Origin: Promethearchaeota archaeon
GTDB lineage: Archaea; Asgardarchaeota; Lokiarchaeia; Sigyniarchaeales; SOKP01
Assembly (NCBI GenBank): GCA_048938445.1
Contig: JBHLME010000004.1
Span: forward strand, 13,976-77,975
Reading direction: 5' to 3'
DNA length: 64,000 nucleotides
Shown: piece by piece, positions 1 to 10,045 of the stretch
Layout: each line of letters begins with the position of its first letter
Position numbering within the stretch: position 1 is the first letter of the stretch
Position numbers and translations under genes: made by a program
The notes under the pieces: generated by a model
Database searches by the model: none
What the model was told of the DNA's origin: nothing
Seen by the model: only the letters and a program-made list of their open reading frames with translations

Positions 1-1
1 C

Positions 2-262
2 ATGAGTATCTATGAAGTTAAGGGTCACGGAAGTCAGCGAGGTATAAAATTAGTCGGGAGATCTGGAGAATACTGCATACAATGGATTGATAAATTGAAA
101 TTGGAAATTGTAGTAAGTAGTGAAGTAAATATCGATGAAATTATTGATATAATAATTGAAAAAGCCCAAACTGGACAACCTGGTGATGGTAAAATCTTTA
201 TTACACCCGTAGAAAAAGCGATTAGAATCAGGACTAAAGAAACCGGCGAAACAATCCTATAG
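2..262 (+). CDS. glnK: PII nitrogen regulatory protein (5'-truncated at window edge)
   Basis: EVKGHGSQRG, KLKLEIVV and TGQPGDGKIFITPVEKAIRIRTKETG are PII signatures; the N-terminus lies outside the window. Confidence 0.9.
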   Translation: MSIYEVKGHGSQRGIKLVGRSGEYCIQWIDKLKLEIVVSSEVNIDEIIDIIIEKAQTGQPGDGKIFITPVEKAIRIRTKETGETIL

Positions 263-738
263 AGCTTATAAAATAAATATATAATTCTTAATCCTTTCAT
301 TTTTTTTATTTTTTAAAACTATCATTCAATAAAAATTAGAGGTGGTTCATGAAAACAACTCGAAAAAACTAAAGTAATACTTTTTATTCTTGTATCTTAC
401 CCCTAAAAATTATTAATCCCATTTACTTTTTTTTTAAATCTTGCTCCAAATTATTGGAAATATACTACAAAATAAGCTCATAATGTATAAATCATTATGA
501 TTGGAAAACTTCCTGAATTTTATGGATATTTTCTATAATATGAAGTAGTTTTGTGAAAATGATTTTCCTAATTAATATGAATATTTATGTATGAAATAGA
601 GAAATAAAGATTATAGATTCTTTAAATCATCTATTTTTGTATAAGTAATTACACTAGATTCTTCAATTTCAAGACTTTCTATTTCTTTTTCTGGTTCTCT
701 ACTTTTTTGTTCCATATTACTCATCTTAATTCACAATT

Positions 739-981
739 TTAATTATAAGTTAATTCTATTTTATTCACTACATCAAGTTTCTTTAACAAACCAATTTTAT
801 AGCCTAAATGATTATATTCTATTTTATATATCTCTATTGAACCCGACCTTCCTTTGGTTAGATCCAATAGCGTTTCAACTAAATCATCCACCGATGTTCC
901 CCTGATGATGGGAGTTTCTTGGCTCTCATCATCAAACCACATTACTTCAAAAAATACTTTATTTGTCCTTGAAGAACTCAT
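739..981 (-). CDS. small hypothetical protein
   Basis: 80-aa ORF directly downstream of, and co-oriented with, 998-1600; no recognised motif. Confidence 0.6.
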   Translation of the reverse strand: MSSSRTNKVFFEVMWFDDESQETPIIRGTSVDDLVETLLDLTKGRSGSIEIYKIEYNHLGYKIGLLKKLDVVNKIELTYN

Positions 982-997
982 TTTAATTTTTTTTCTT

Positions 998-1600
998 TTA
1001 TTTAATAATCAATTTAAGCTTCGATAATCCCTCTCTAATTTCCACATTGAATCCCATTTTAAAAAGAACTTCTTCCAAGAAAGTTTTTATAAAATTTTTC
1101 TGAATCTCGGAACCAAGCAATAGCGTATAGCGTTGAGACGTATCTTTTACAATTTTAAAAAAATTACATGCCTCCAAGCGCTCTATAACTCTTTCAACTG
1201 TTAAAAATTCAAATTGGTCTGAAAATTCTTCCGCATGTGCAATCCCGATTGATTTGTTCATTTTCCAAAACTGATCTTGATCTGGAGATTCCTCAATAAA
1301 CTTCAAGAAGGAAAGAAAATGATCAACATCCAATATTATATGTTCTCCGTGAGAAAGTAAGTCTAAGTAAGTATTAATACGTTTTACTATACCATTTTTG
1401 CTGCTTCCAATTGTCTCTTTGAATTTATGATAAAATTGAATTGACTTTCTTATTATTTCTGATTGTGATTTATGTGATTCATCTTTTAATTCCAGTAATA
1501 AATTATGTGTCATATCATCCAAAGCTATGGTTATTCTATTATTTATCTTTCCATTTCCATTTGTTGCCACATTCACCACGTTTTTTATTAATCCCATCAT
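998..1600 (-). CDS. ribbon-helix-helix (CopG-like) regulator with C-terminal V4R-like domain
   Basis: RITIALDD...LLELKDE..KSQSEIIRKSI matches the RHH pattern; the C-terminal G..HAEE...LEACNFF..F..TFLEEVL segment resembles V4R-type ligand domains. Confidence 0.6.
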   Translation of the reverse strand: MMGLIKNVVNVATNGNGKINNRITIALDDMTHNLLLELKDESHKSQSEIIRKSIQFYHKFKETIGSSKNGIVKRINTYLDLLSHGEHIILDVDHFLSFLKFIEESPDQDQFWKMNKSIGIAHAEEFSDQFEFLTVERVIERLEACNFFKIVKDTSQRYTLLLGSEIQKNFIKTFLEEVLFKMGFNVEIREGLSKLKLIIK

Positions 1601-1665
1601 TTTTTTTCATTTTATTCTTACCCCTAAGAATCTTTTTTTATTAAATTTGTATTTATTAAATTAAT

Positions 1666-1833
1666 TTATGTGAATGTCGTTTCTTGTTTTTTAAAACAGG
1701 AGCAACAATAAAATTCAATATAATCTTTCTCCCATAATGATTCTAAATATTCTTGACCATGAGGATAATTTTTGAACATGAAATTTGTCCATGTCAGGAT
1801 TTTTCCACATTTGTAACAATGTCTTTCCTTCAT
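1666..1833 (-). CDS. small zinc-finger protein (55 aa, start reassigned to ATG at 1833)
   Basis: MKERHCYKCGK...FYCCSCFKKQ with two CxxC pairs; the longer track start overlaps glnA. Confidence 0.65.
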   Translation of the reverse strand: MKERHCYKCGKILTWTNFMFKNYPHGQEYLESLWEKDYIEFYCCSCFKKQETTFT

Positions 1834-1910
1834 TTCTTCTTTTCGATGTTTTATTTCTTTAATAATAAAAAAAAATATAATTTCAATAAATATTTTTGAT
1901 TTTGGACGTT

Positions 1911-3407
1911 TTAATAGTCCAGATATTTCATTATTTCCCATGGAGTCACGTACAAACAGAATTGGTTCCATTCATTTCCCTTGAAATCTAAGAACGCATC
2001 ATAGATATGGTTACCTAAGATGTCCTTGAAAAGATCATCACTTGCTAAAGCATCTAATGCATCTTTAAGCGTAGTTGGTAATTGTTTGATACCTTCAGCT
2101 TTCTTTTCTGTGGCGGACATCTCATAAACATCCTTATCGACAGGATCGCCAGGATCAAGTTTTTTCTTGATACCATCCAAACCACAGCGTAAGATAGAGG
2201 CAAACGCAAAATATGGATTGCATGAAGGATCAACTCCACGATATTCAATACGCTTGCGTTTCTTGTATTTATCCCCTCTTAGATACATTGGTATGCGGAT
2301 TAAAGCAGATCTGTTCCTTCGGCTGTAGAGAATGTTAATAGGTGCTTCAAAACCAGGAACTAACCGTTTATAAGAGTTAACCGTTGGACACGTGATAGCT
2401 GTCAAAGCTTCAGCATGTTCTAGCAATCCTCCAATGTAATACCTTGCAACTTGGCTGATTTCAGCATATTCATCAGCAGGATCATAAAACGCATTTTCAG
2501 AACCCTTAAACAAGGAATTATGACAATGCATCCCTGAAGCATTATCTAGATAGATTGGTTTGGGCATGAACGTCGCTATCCAGCCATAGGTTGCTGCAAT
2601 ATTTCTGGCAGCCAATTTATACACTTGTACTTTATCTGCAGTTTCAATTAAAGGACCATACCTGTAGTTGAGCTCGACTTGACCATGCGTTGCTACTTCG
2701 TGATGATGCATTTCAATAGTATAACCCATTTCCTCTAAGGTTGAGGCAAGATCATTACGATAGGATGTTGTCGAATCTTCTGGAGGATTTCTAAAATAAG
2801 CTTCTTTTGGTCTTAGAATATACCTTCCATAACCTACATCAGGTGACTCCGGAGTGATCCTTGGTGGACCCCAACTGTCTCCTGCTCCTCCTTTGGGACT
2901 AACAAACAAGTCATAAGAGAGCCTGCTGGGATCTATTGATTTGAATACAAAGAATTCAATCTCGGGTCCAAAATAAGGGGTATATCCCATATCCTGGGCT
3001 AAATCTATGGCTCTTTGTGCTACATAACCTCTCGGATCGCAATCAGCAGCTTCTATACTTCCAAAAGGTTCTCGAATATCTCCTATTATAACTGCTGTTT
3101 TTTGATTTCCCTCAGTCCAAGGCAACACGTAAAGTGCATCTGGATTAGGATAAAATATCATATCACTTGTATGAAGTTCTTTGAAACCCCGAATACTTGA
3201 ACCATCGAAACCAATACCCGTTTCAAAATATTGATCACCTTCTAAAAAGTGATGCGCGGGAGAGCTAAATGATTGAAAGATTCCCCTTATATCTGTAAAC
3301 GCACATAACACGTATTTAACATGTTCTTTCCTTAAAAGACTTTTAGCGGCATCAACGGCATCTACACCTTTAGGTAAACCACCTGCAGTACTTTTTACTT
3401 CTGTCAT
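1911..3407 (-). CDS. glnA: glutamine synthetase type I
   Basis: FDGSSIRGF, GPEIEFF, HHHEVATHGQVE, FMPKP..NASGMHCH, NSYKRLVPGFEAP and RIEYR motifs. Confidence 0.97.
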   Translation of the reverse strand: MTEVKSTAGGLPKGVDAVDAAKSLLRKEHVKYVLCAFTDIRGIFQSFSSPAHHFLEGDQYFETGIGFDGSSIRGFKELHTSDMIFYPNPDALYVLPWTEGNQKTAVIIGDIREPFGSIEAADCDPRGYVAQRAIDLAQDMGYTPYFGPEIEFFVFKSIDPSRLSYDLFVSPKGGAGDSWGPPRITPESPDVGYGRYILRPKEAYFRNPPEDSTTSYRNDLASTLEEMGYTIEMHHHEVATHGQVELNYRYGPLIETADKVQVYKLAARNIAATYGWIATFMPKPIYLDNASGMHCHNSLFKGSENAFYDPADEYAEISQVARYYIGGLLEHAEALTAITCPTVNSYKRLVPGFEAPINILYSRRNRSALIRIPMYLRGDKYKKRKRIEYRGVDPSCNPYFAFASILRCGLDGIKKKLDPGDPVDKDVYEMSATEKKAEGIKQLPTTLKDALDALASDDLFKDILGNHIYDAFLDFKGNEWNQFCLYVTPWEIMKYLDY

Positions 3408-3653
3408 GATTTTAGTTATATTTTTAATTCAAAGTTATATTAATTGTTATGATCAAATAGTGCATTCTCGTATATAAATATTATACTTTTGATTGCATTT
3501 TCATTATTGTGCTATTATTAATGAGCATAATATTTAAATTTCAATAAAAACTTGTTAACATAACACCAGAAAAAATGTATAACTTTATATCATAACGCAT
3601 TTTTTTTAGCCTTAAAATAAACATTTGATATAGTTTATGTCCAAAAAATAACC

Positions 3654-4157
3654 ATGATCTTGGAAGAATCGGAATCGACAAAATTAGAAGAGGTAGACTT
3701 AGCAATCCTTGAAATTTTTAGTGAAGATGGGAGAGTTTCACTTCGGAAGCTTTCTGAAAGATTAGGGAAATCACCCTTGACGATAAAGAAACATGTGAAA
3801 AAGCTCGAAGAAGGAGGCGTCATAGAAGATTATGGGGTAACCATCAATTATGAAAAGCTCGGGTATAACATTATGGCATTAATCGAGGTTATGTTACACA
3901 AGGGGGTGATTATGGAATTTAAAAAGGAGGTTTCACTCCATCCGAACGTGTTTGCGGTGTATCAAATAGCTGATAGTTATGATGCCTTGCTCTTGGTAAA
4001 GCTACGATCGAGAGAGGAACTAAGCAATTTATTAGAGACAATCACCGGTTTTAAGAGCGTAATGAGGACGAATACGCACTTAGTTCTTAACGTGGTCAAG
4101 GAAGGAACTAATTTTGGAGAGCTCCTCGAGTTCATAAATGAACAAGGTAAAATTTAA
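3654..4157 (+). CDS. Lrp/AsnC family transcriptional regulator
   Basis: D..IL.....DGR.SLRKLSERLGKS HTH plus RAM domain; divergent from glnA. Confidence 0.9.
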   Translation: MILEESESTKLEEVDLAILEIFSEDGRVSLRKLSERLGKSPLTIKKHVKKLEEGGVIEDYGVTINYEKLGYNIMALIEVMLHKGVIMEFKKEVSLHPNVFAVYQIADSYDALLLVKLRSREELSNLLETITGFKSVMRTNTHLVLNVVKEGTNFGELLEFINEQGKI

Positions 4158-4332
4158 TTTTTCCTAAATGATAATGAATCTTCTAAATATTAGTCTAATC
4201 TAGAATTAAAAGGATAAAAGATTAAAATTATAACACCCAAAAGATAAAATTGATGAACATAAAAAGAAAGTAAAAACCTATATATACAATTTTTTAATTT
4301 CTAAGAGCATGGGGATTAAGAAAATGAGAACC

Positions 4333-4488
4333 TTATTTACAAAGCAATTCTTCAGAATATAGATGCCAGATGTTATCTCGTTGCTCTTTTGCTTGTAATT
4401 GTAATTCTTCATTTAACCAAATTCTAAATTTAATTTTTTCTAGTATGTCTTCCAATCTTAGGTCATACATTATCTCTATGTCCGACAT
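4333..4488 (-). CDS. putative small protein (51 aa), not in ORF track
   Basis: Manual translation MSDIEIMYDLRLEDILEKIKFRIWLNEELQLQAKEQRDNIWHLYSEELLCK; fills an intergenic gap, with a TATA-like TTTATAGA upstream. Confidence 0.4.
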   Translation of the reverse strand: MSDIEIMYDLRLEDILEKIKFRIWLNEELQLQAKEQRDNIWHLYSEELLCK

Positions 4489-4613
4489 AATTACTAGAAT
4501 TCTATTGAAAATTTAAATGTGCTCTCTATAATCTATAAATAATATATATGGTATTAGCGGATTAATATAAATTATTATCTGATTAATAATAACAAAATAT
4601 GAATTATGAAGAA

Positions 4614-5537
4614 TTATATCCAAAATTTGATACTCTCAAGCTCGTTTAATATGAGATCGTGAATTTCCCCATTAGATGCAATTAATCCCGGTGTGTTACA
4701 TATCATGTGTTCTGCATTAAATTGTAATTCCTTTCCGTTCAAATCCGTTATTTTTCCTCCCGCTTCCTTCATAAGTAAATATCCTGGTGCAAAATCCCAA
4801 GAAAAAGAATGATTTTTATCAATTGGTTTTATATATAAATCTGCCTTTCCATCAGCGACCATACAAAATTTTGCCATGCTATCAATTTGAATCAACTCCT
4901 TGAATCCAATTTTTTTAGCAAATTTCACGACCCAGGGTTCGTCATAATGTAATGAATGACACATTTTTATCTGATTCAAGTCATCTTGCTGGTTTACTTG
5001 TATTGATTTAAATTTAGATCCGCTTATTGAACAATAAGCACCTTTCTCTTTTTCAGCAATAAAGATTGTGTTGGATCTATCATTATAACGTGGCACTCCA
5101 ATTACACACATTCTTGGATCATTATCTATCATAAAACTAACTCCAATAGCATAAACAAGTCCACTGGAAAACCCTTCAGTGCCATCAATCGGATCAATTG
5201 TCCATTGTCTATGTGAATCAATACCTTTATGACCCATCAATTCATTAATATCGAGAGAATCGTTTAATCCGACCTCATGAAAACATCTTTTTATTATTTT
5301 TTCAGTTGTTTCATCTATGAATTCCTGGTCTTCTTCAGCAATAATCATGTCTTCGGGATAATTTTCTTTAATCCTGGATACTATGAGAATCTGAGAAGCA
5401 AGATCCGCATGAGTAACTGGAGTTGTATCCTGTTTTCTATAAATCTTAAAACCTTCTTTTTGAAACCATTCTGTTACTCTCATCGCATCCTTGATTGCAT
5501 CAATTATTTTTTCAGTTTTTTGCGAGTATTTTGACAT
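4614..5537 (-). CDS. inositol monophosphatase superfamily, 3'(2'),5'-bisphosphate nucleotidase (CysQ/HAL2-like)
   Basis: KQDTTPVTHAD, AEED, WTIDPIDGT and SWDFAPG motifs. Confidence 0.9.
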   Translation of the reverse strand: MSKYSQKTEKIIDAIKDAMRVTEWFQKEGFKIYRKQDTTPVTHADLASQILIVSRIKENYPEDMIIAEEDQEFIDETTEKIIKRCFHEVGLNDSLDINELMGHKGIDSHRQWTIDPIDGTEGFSSGLVYAIGVSFMIDNDPRMCVIGVPRYNDRSNTIFIAEKEKGAYCSISGSKFKSIQVNQQDDLNQIKMCHSLHYDEPWVVKFAKKIGFKELIQIDSMAKFCMVADGKADLYIKPIDKNHSFSWDFAPGYLLMKEAGGKITDLNGKELQFNAEHMICNTPGLIASNGEIHDLILNELESIKFWI

Positions 5538-5729
5538 TATAATTCATTCATTTACTTGTTCTAAGATATTAAAAATTGAGTTGCATTATAAACTTGACCT
5601 CTATATAATGTATGCACATGAGATATTATATTAAATAGGTCTTCAAGTGAAAATTTATATATATGTATTAATTCAATTTTTTATCATATTGTTCAATTAA
5701 TAGGTTAAAAATTGTAGAAGGGGAAAGCT

Positions 5730-6593
5730 ATGGAGTTTAAGAGGTATAGAAAATGGATTTTCTTATATTTTGGAGTGTTGGTTTTTATAATAATACTTAT
5801 AGTAATACAGGTGATTCTGTACAATTATCCCTCAGATTATAATATCACAACAAACAATCTCATGTTAGATTTTTTAATTCTTTTTATTTTGGTCTCCATT
5901 TTTTCCACGATAGGCGGCATTTTTCTCGGTTATTTATTTGGACCTTTATATTTATGGTTTCATGAAAAATTAATAGGAAAAAAGATGCTCTATGGTTTCA
6001 GATCTAAACCAAATTCTGAAAAATTGAAGGGTATATTTACAAAGTTATTTTTTCCAGCCTTGATGGTAATGAACTTTAGTTTTTTACTTTATGACAATCC
6101 AATTCTTAGAAATATCCTCATAGATCCAGATACCTCTTTTGGATTAGATAGGCTCATGGTTATTACTTGGCTTTTTCCATGGTTTTCTATAGTCGGGTTA
6201 GGTTTTTTTTCAGGAGCTTATTTTTTAAACGATGCGGGAATTATTTATTCTAATAAGAACAAAGTGAGAAATGATGTAAGTCCAGTAGAACTTAGAAGTG
6301 TTGGTAATTGGTACATTCAATTCCTCAAAGGTTATGCGGGTATTGCGGTCTTTTTAAACCTTTATGAGCTTATTACAAGTATGGTTAATGCTCTTAATCA
6401 ACCTGGACAATTAATTATAATAATAATATTTTTAATTTCTTGGCCATTCATGCCCTTTATATTGGCATTTCTAATGATCCCTGCAATAATTGGATTAGAT
6501 CTCACGTTTGAGAGAAGAAAAAAATACATGTTAAAATATGCTGAGAAGAGAGGTATAAAAGGAATGATTGATGACCCATTAGATCTAAAATAA
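5730..6593 (+). CDS. hypothetical polytopic membrane protein
   Basis: About six hydrophobic segments; no family recognised. Confidence 0.7.
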   Translation: MEFKRYRKWIFLYFGVLVFIIILIVIQVILYNYPSDYNITTNNLMLDFLILFILVSIFSTIGGIFLGYLFGPLYLWFHEKLIGKKMLYGFRSKPNSEKLKGIFTKLFFPALMVMNFSFLLYDNPILRNILIDPDTSFGLDRLMVITWLFPWFSIVGLGFFSGAYFLNDAGIIYSNKNKVRNDVSPVELRSVGNWYIQFLKGYAGIAVFLNLYELITSMVNALNQPGQLIIIIIFLISWPFMPFILAFLMIPAIIGLDLTFERRKKYMLKYAEKRGIKGMIDDPLDLK

Positions 6594-6635
6594 TCAATCA
6601 AATTGATAGAATCTTAAAATATATTTAGGTGCCTA

Positions 6636-9600
6636 TTAATTATTTTTAATAGCTAATCCATATATAATTCTTCTTAGATGACTATTTTCTGGTTCTCTTA
6701 CACCCATTTTAAGTGCACTATGTATGTAATAGAGTGCTTTTATGTTTTGGCCTTCTTTTAACAAGTTAAGTCCATTGTTTGCATAAATTAATGCTTTTTG
6801 TCCTAAGGGTGAATCTTCTGGTACTGTCGGAGGTAATCCGTTTTGAATTTCTTTAATTATATTATTTAATTTATCTGATTCCGAAGGTTTTCCTTCATTT
6901 TCTAGGATTTTATTAGATTTTTTTGGTTTTTGAGGTACTTTATTTACCTTTTCTCTTAATCTTTCTTTATTTTTTGATTTTTGTTTAAAAGCATATCTTA
7001 TAGTTAAAAAAGTACCTATTAATGAGATGAAACCTATAATTAATATTAAAATATCTAAAAAATCTAAATATTGACTTCCTATAATTTGGAATGATTGTAA
7101 ATTAGACCACGGTCCTTTTAATATACTATAAGTAGGTGAAACTCTCCAGTAATACATCCCTTCGGGTAACATTATAAATAAACTTATATTTGTTGATATA
7201 GGAGTTTCAGCTATATCGTGTATTTCATATAATATATTTGAGAAGTCGAGAATATTTGAGATTTGTAATGTATAATTTACCACTCCAAAGAGGACTTCTA
7301 AACTATCCCAAGAAAATTCATTATATCCATTATATATAAAATTTCCATTTGGAGATATAAGAGTAACTGGATCAATATTTAGGAAAGGTGTAACTTCCGG
7401 ACCATCAATCAGTTCCGTATTAAATGTATTTAGACCATCTGAACAAGTAAATTTAAACTGATAATAATCAAAATTCAGAAATGTTTCGTAATAATATTCT
7501 ATTCCATCAATGTAATTATTATCAAATGGTTCTTGTTTTTCCATACTATATTCATTGCCATTAATCAGAACATTTACAAATAGTGGCGCATTATTATCAG
7601 CATCGCTATATACAACACTAAATGTAAACGGTGTATCTTGATCACCTGAAGTGGGCGTAACCTTTGCATCTGTTAAAGCTGGTGGCCAATAATTAGTTTG
7701 GGGGAATAAAGTAGCTGTAGGATCACCAAATAAATTAATTTCATAGTAGCACCATCTAATAATATTATTTGAAACGAATCCAATACTATCTTCTTTTGAA
7801 TCTTGATTCGCCTTACCAATTTCAAAAATATTTTCAGCAAAAATAGCATCAAAGAATTCTCTGTCAAAATGCTGAGAAGCTCCATTAGTGGAATAATAAT
7901 TTCCCCATCCATACCGACTATTTCCAATAAACGCGAATGCCCCATGAGCTGTATTTACAAGATGTTCGGCAATACAATCATAATTCCTGTACGAACCAGA
8001 TGTCCCTCTATTGTCAAACGATCCGTCATAGCAACCTTGACTGTAGCCAAAAAAATATTTTGTATTGGTAAGTAAGGTATCGACATCATTGTTAACCATT
8101 TTCATTACATAATTTACATTTGCGTGACCCATGTGATTTATCACGTTCACATCATTATTGATCAAATCAATCAATTCATATTTACTCCATATCGAATCAC
8201 GATCATAAAGGGTGTCTACAATATAATCATCAGGAAATCCTGCGGTTTCATAACCAAATGAATTTGAACCGAGTCTTATTTCTTCCTTATAGTCTGATCC
8301 CCATACGGACCAATCCAAATCTTCACCAACCATGAGGGCTTTATTTAAATATGGATCGCTACTTGTTTCATGATTTATTGTTTTTTCTATAAAATTACTA
8401 AGTTCAATCTCAGAATCAACCGGAGCCCTTCCCACATATATTTCAGCAAAAAGATCATCTTCTCCTATTTCACCCCAATAAGAATCACTATCATCATTCC
8501 AAGTACCATCTAATGCCGCATAATATAGGTCTGAGGGTATGTTAGAATCATTTTCACCAGACCCACCGTAATATAAACCTCTTGCAGGAATAATCGGTGC
8601 TTCACTTTCTCCACCTACATCAGAACCATCTCCATCACCACCAAGCAAAACATATTCAATCCCCCATTCATTGTATGCATCTATTATGAAGTTTCTTATT
8701 TTTTCAGCATCATCCCGGCCTGAATAATTTGAATATATATCTTCAGTTGTTACAATTATCGTGTCAATTCCCCGTGAGTTCTTAAGTTCAACTAAATCTT
8801 GGAATTTGTATTCTTCACTTGAATCCCTTAATCTATTGTTAGTTATTATAACATAATCATATGAACCTTCTGGTAATGTCAATTCTCCTGATTCGGGTAA
8901 ATAACTAGATTTGAGATATGAACTAATATCTTCTGGATTATAAACATTATTTATAATACTTTCTACGTCCTTAGGTAAACCTCTATAAAGAGGATTGATG
9001 TCATTATCATCAATTAAATTAACTTTTATCTCCATTTCATCATAATATTCAATAGAATTAGTTTTAGTATTATATTGCAGGGGAAATACATTTAAGATTA
9101 GTATTTTAAAACCTCTTGATTTTTGAATACCTTCTATAGAATAAAATTTGCCAGGAAAGTGATTTAATGATTCATATATAGATTTATCAAAAAAATATTT
9201 AGCATCAACATTTGAACTTAGGGGATATTGAGTTTGAGAAGGTTCAATTTTATATTTTAGGTCTAAAATTTCTGCTTTATCCATCCCAACTTCAATATTT
9301 TCTAGATTTTTATCCATTGGCAGGAGTATCTTTAAAGTTTTAAATGGTATTGCTGGCATTCCCGCATCCATTAGTTTATTATTATCTTCAAAATTTACAC
9401 GAGTGCAAATTTCTCCATTGGGTGTATTAATTTCATTAATTTGGGGTTCTGGTATGGATATTCTAAATTCTAGCTTATCTTTTTCTGTTTTGGAAATATC
9501 ATTTGTTTCATTAAGAATGTCATTGTAATTAACCTGAATTTCAGATATTTGTTTTAAATATCTTGAATCATCATTTTGTTGGTTTAAGAATTTTGTATTT

Positions 9601-9704
9601 AAAGAAATAAATATTGCAAATCCAAATCCATTTAATATAAAATTAAATAAGATAAATAATAAGATCAAAATATTTGATACTCTAGATTTTTTTTTTCTTC
9701 TCAA
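6636..9704 (-). CDS. C25 family (gingipain-like) cysteine peptidase, membrane anchored
   Basis: Propeptide region, YVIIT, EYVLLGGD, SDLYY, VGRAP, catalytic HMGHAN and SQGCY, NLFGDP; N-terminal and C-terminal hydrophobic helices. Confidence 0.88.
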   Translation of the reverse strand: MRRKKKSRVSNILILLFILFNFILNGFGFAIFISLNTKFLNQQNDDSRYLKQISEIQVNYNDILNETNDISKTEKDKLEFRISIPEPQINEINTPNGEICTRVNFEDNNKLMDAGMPAIPFKTLKILLPMDKNLENIEVGMDKAEILDLKYKIEPSQTQYPLSSNVDAKYFFDKSIYESLNHFPGKFYSIEGIQKSRGFKILILNVFPLQYNTKTNSIEYYDEMEIKVNLIDDNDINPLYRGLPKDVESIINNVYNPEDISSYLKSSYLPESGELTLPEGSYDYVIITNNRLRDSSEEYKFQDLVELKNSRGIDTIIVTTEDIYSNYSGRDDAEKIRNFIIDAYNEWGIEYVLLGGDGDGSDVGGESEAPIIPARGLYYGGSGENDSNIPSDLYYAALDGTWNDDSDSYWGEIGEDDLFAEIYVGRAPVDSEIELSNFIEKTINHETSSDPYLNKALMVGEDLDWSVWGSDYKEEIRLGSNSFGYETAGFPDDYIVDTLYDRDSIWSKYELIDLINNDVNVINHMGHANVNYVMKMVNNDVDTLLTNTKYFFGYSQGCYDGSFDNRGTSGSYRNYDCIAEHLVNTAHGAFAFIGNSRYGWGNYYSTNGASQHFDREFFDAIFAENIFEIGKANQDSKEDSIGFVSNNIIRWCYYEINLFGDPTATLFPQTNYWPPALTDAKVTPTSGDQDTPFTFSVVYSDADNNAPLFVNVLINGNEYSMEKQEPFDNNYIDGIEYYYETFLNFDYYQFKFTCSDGLNTFNTELIDGPEVTPFLNIDPVTLISPNGNFIYNGYNEFSWDSLEVLFGVVNYTLQISNILDFSNILYEIHDIAETPISTNISLFIMLPEGMYYWRVSPTYSILKGPWSNLQSFQIIGSQYLDFLDILILIIGFISLIGTFLTIRYAFKQKSKNKERLREKVNKVPQKPKKSNKILENEGKPSESDKLNNIIKEIQNGLPPTVPEDSPLGQKALIYANNGLNLLKEGQNIKALYYIHSALKMGVREPENSHLRRIIYGLAIKNN

Positions 9705-10045
9705 GAGGATTACCCCATCTATTATTTATTAAATAAATTTACTCTTCTTTTATTTATAAATGTATATGATTCATTTTGTTTTGATATATAATTTAGAAAG
9801 TTCTTATTGCACTATATGTAAAATAAATCAATAGTAGTATAAATCAGAATAGATTGCATATGTTTTGAGCCTTTACCAACATAAATTTTAAGTCAAAAAT
9901 AGTTATATTGGATATATTAAATATATATGTAAAACTGATAATATATAATATAAGGGTGTATTAACCTATTTAATTCCATATTCATAATTTGTAAGAATTT
10001 TTATGAAGATGTGTTTAAAAACAAGCTATTGAGGTTTTAAAAAAC

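Noticed and set aside
492-520. GGAA-AAC-TTCC as an NrpR operator near the PII gene
   Set aside because: The spacer is 3 nt instead of 6, and the site is downstream of the PII gene
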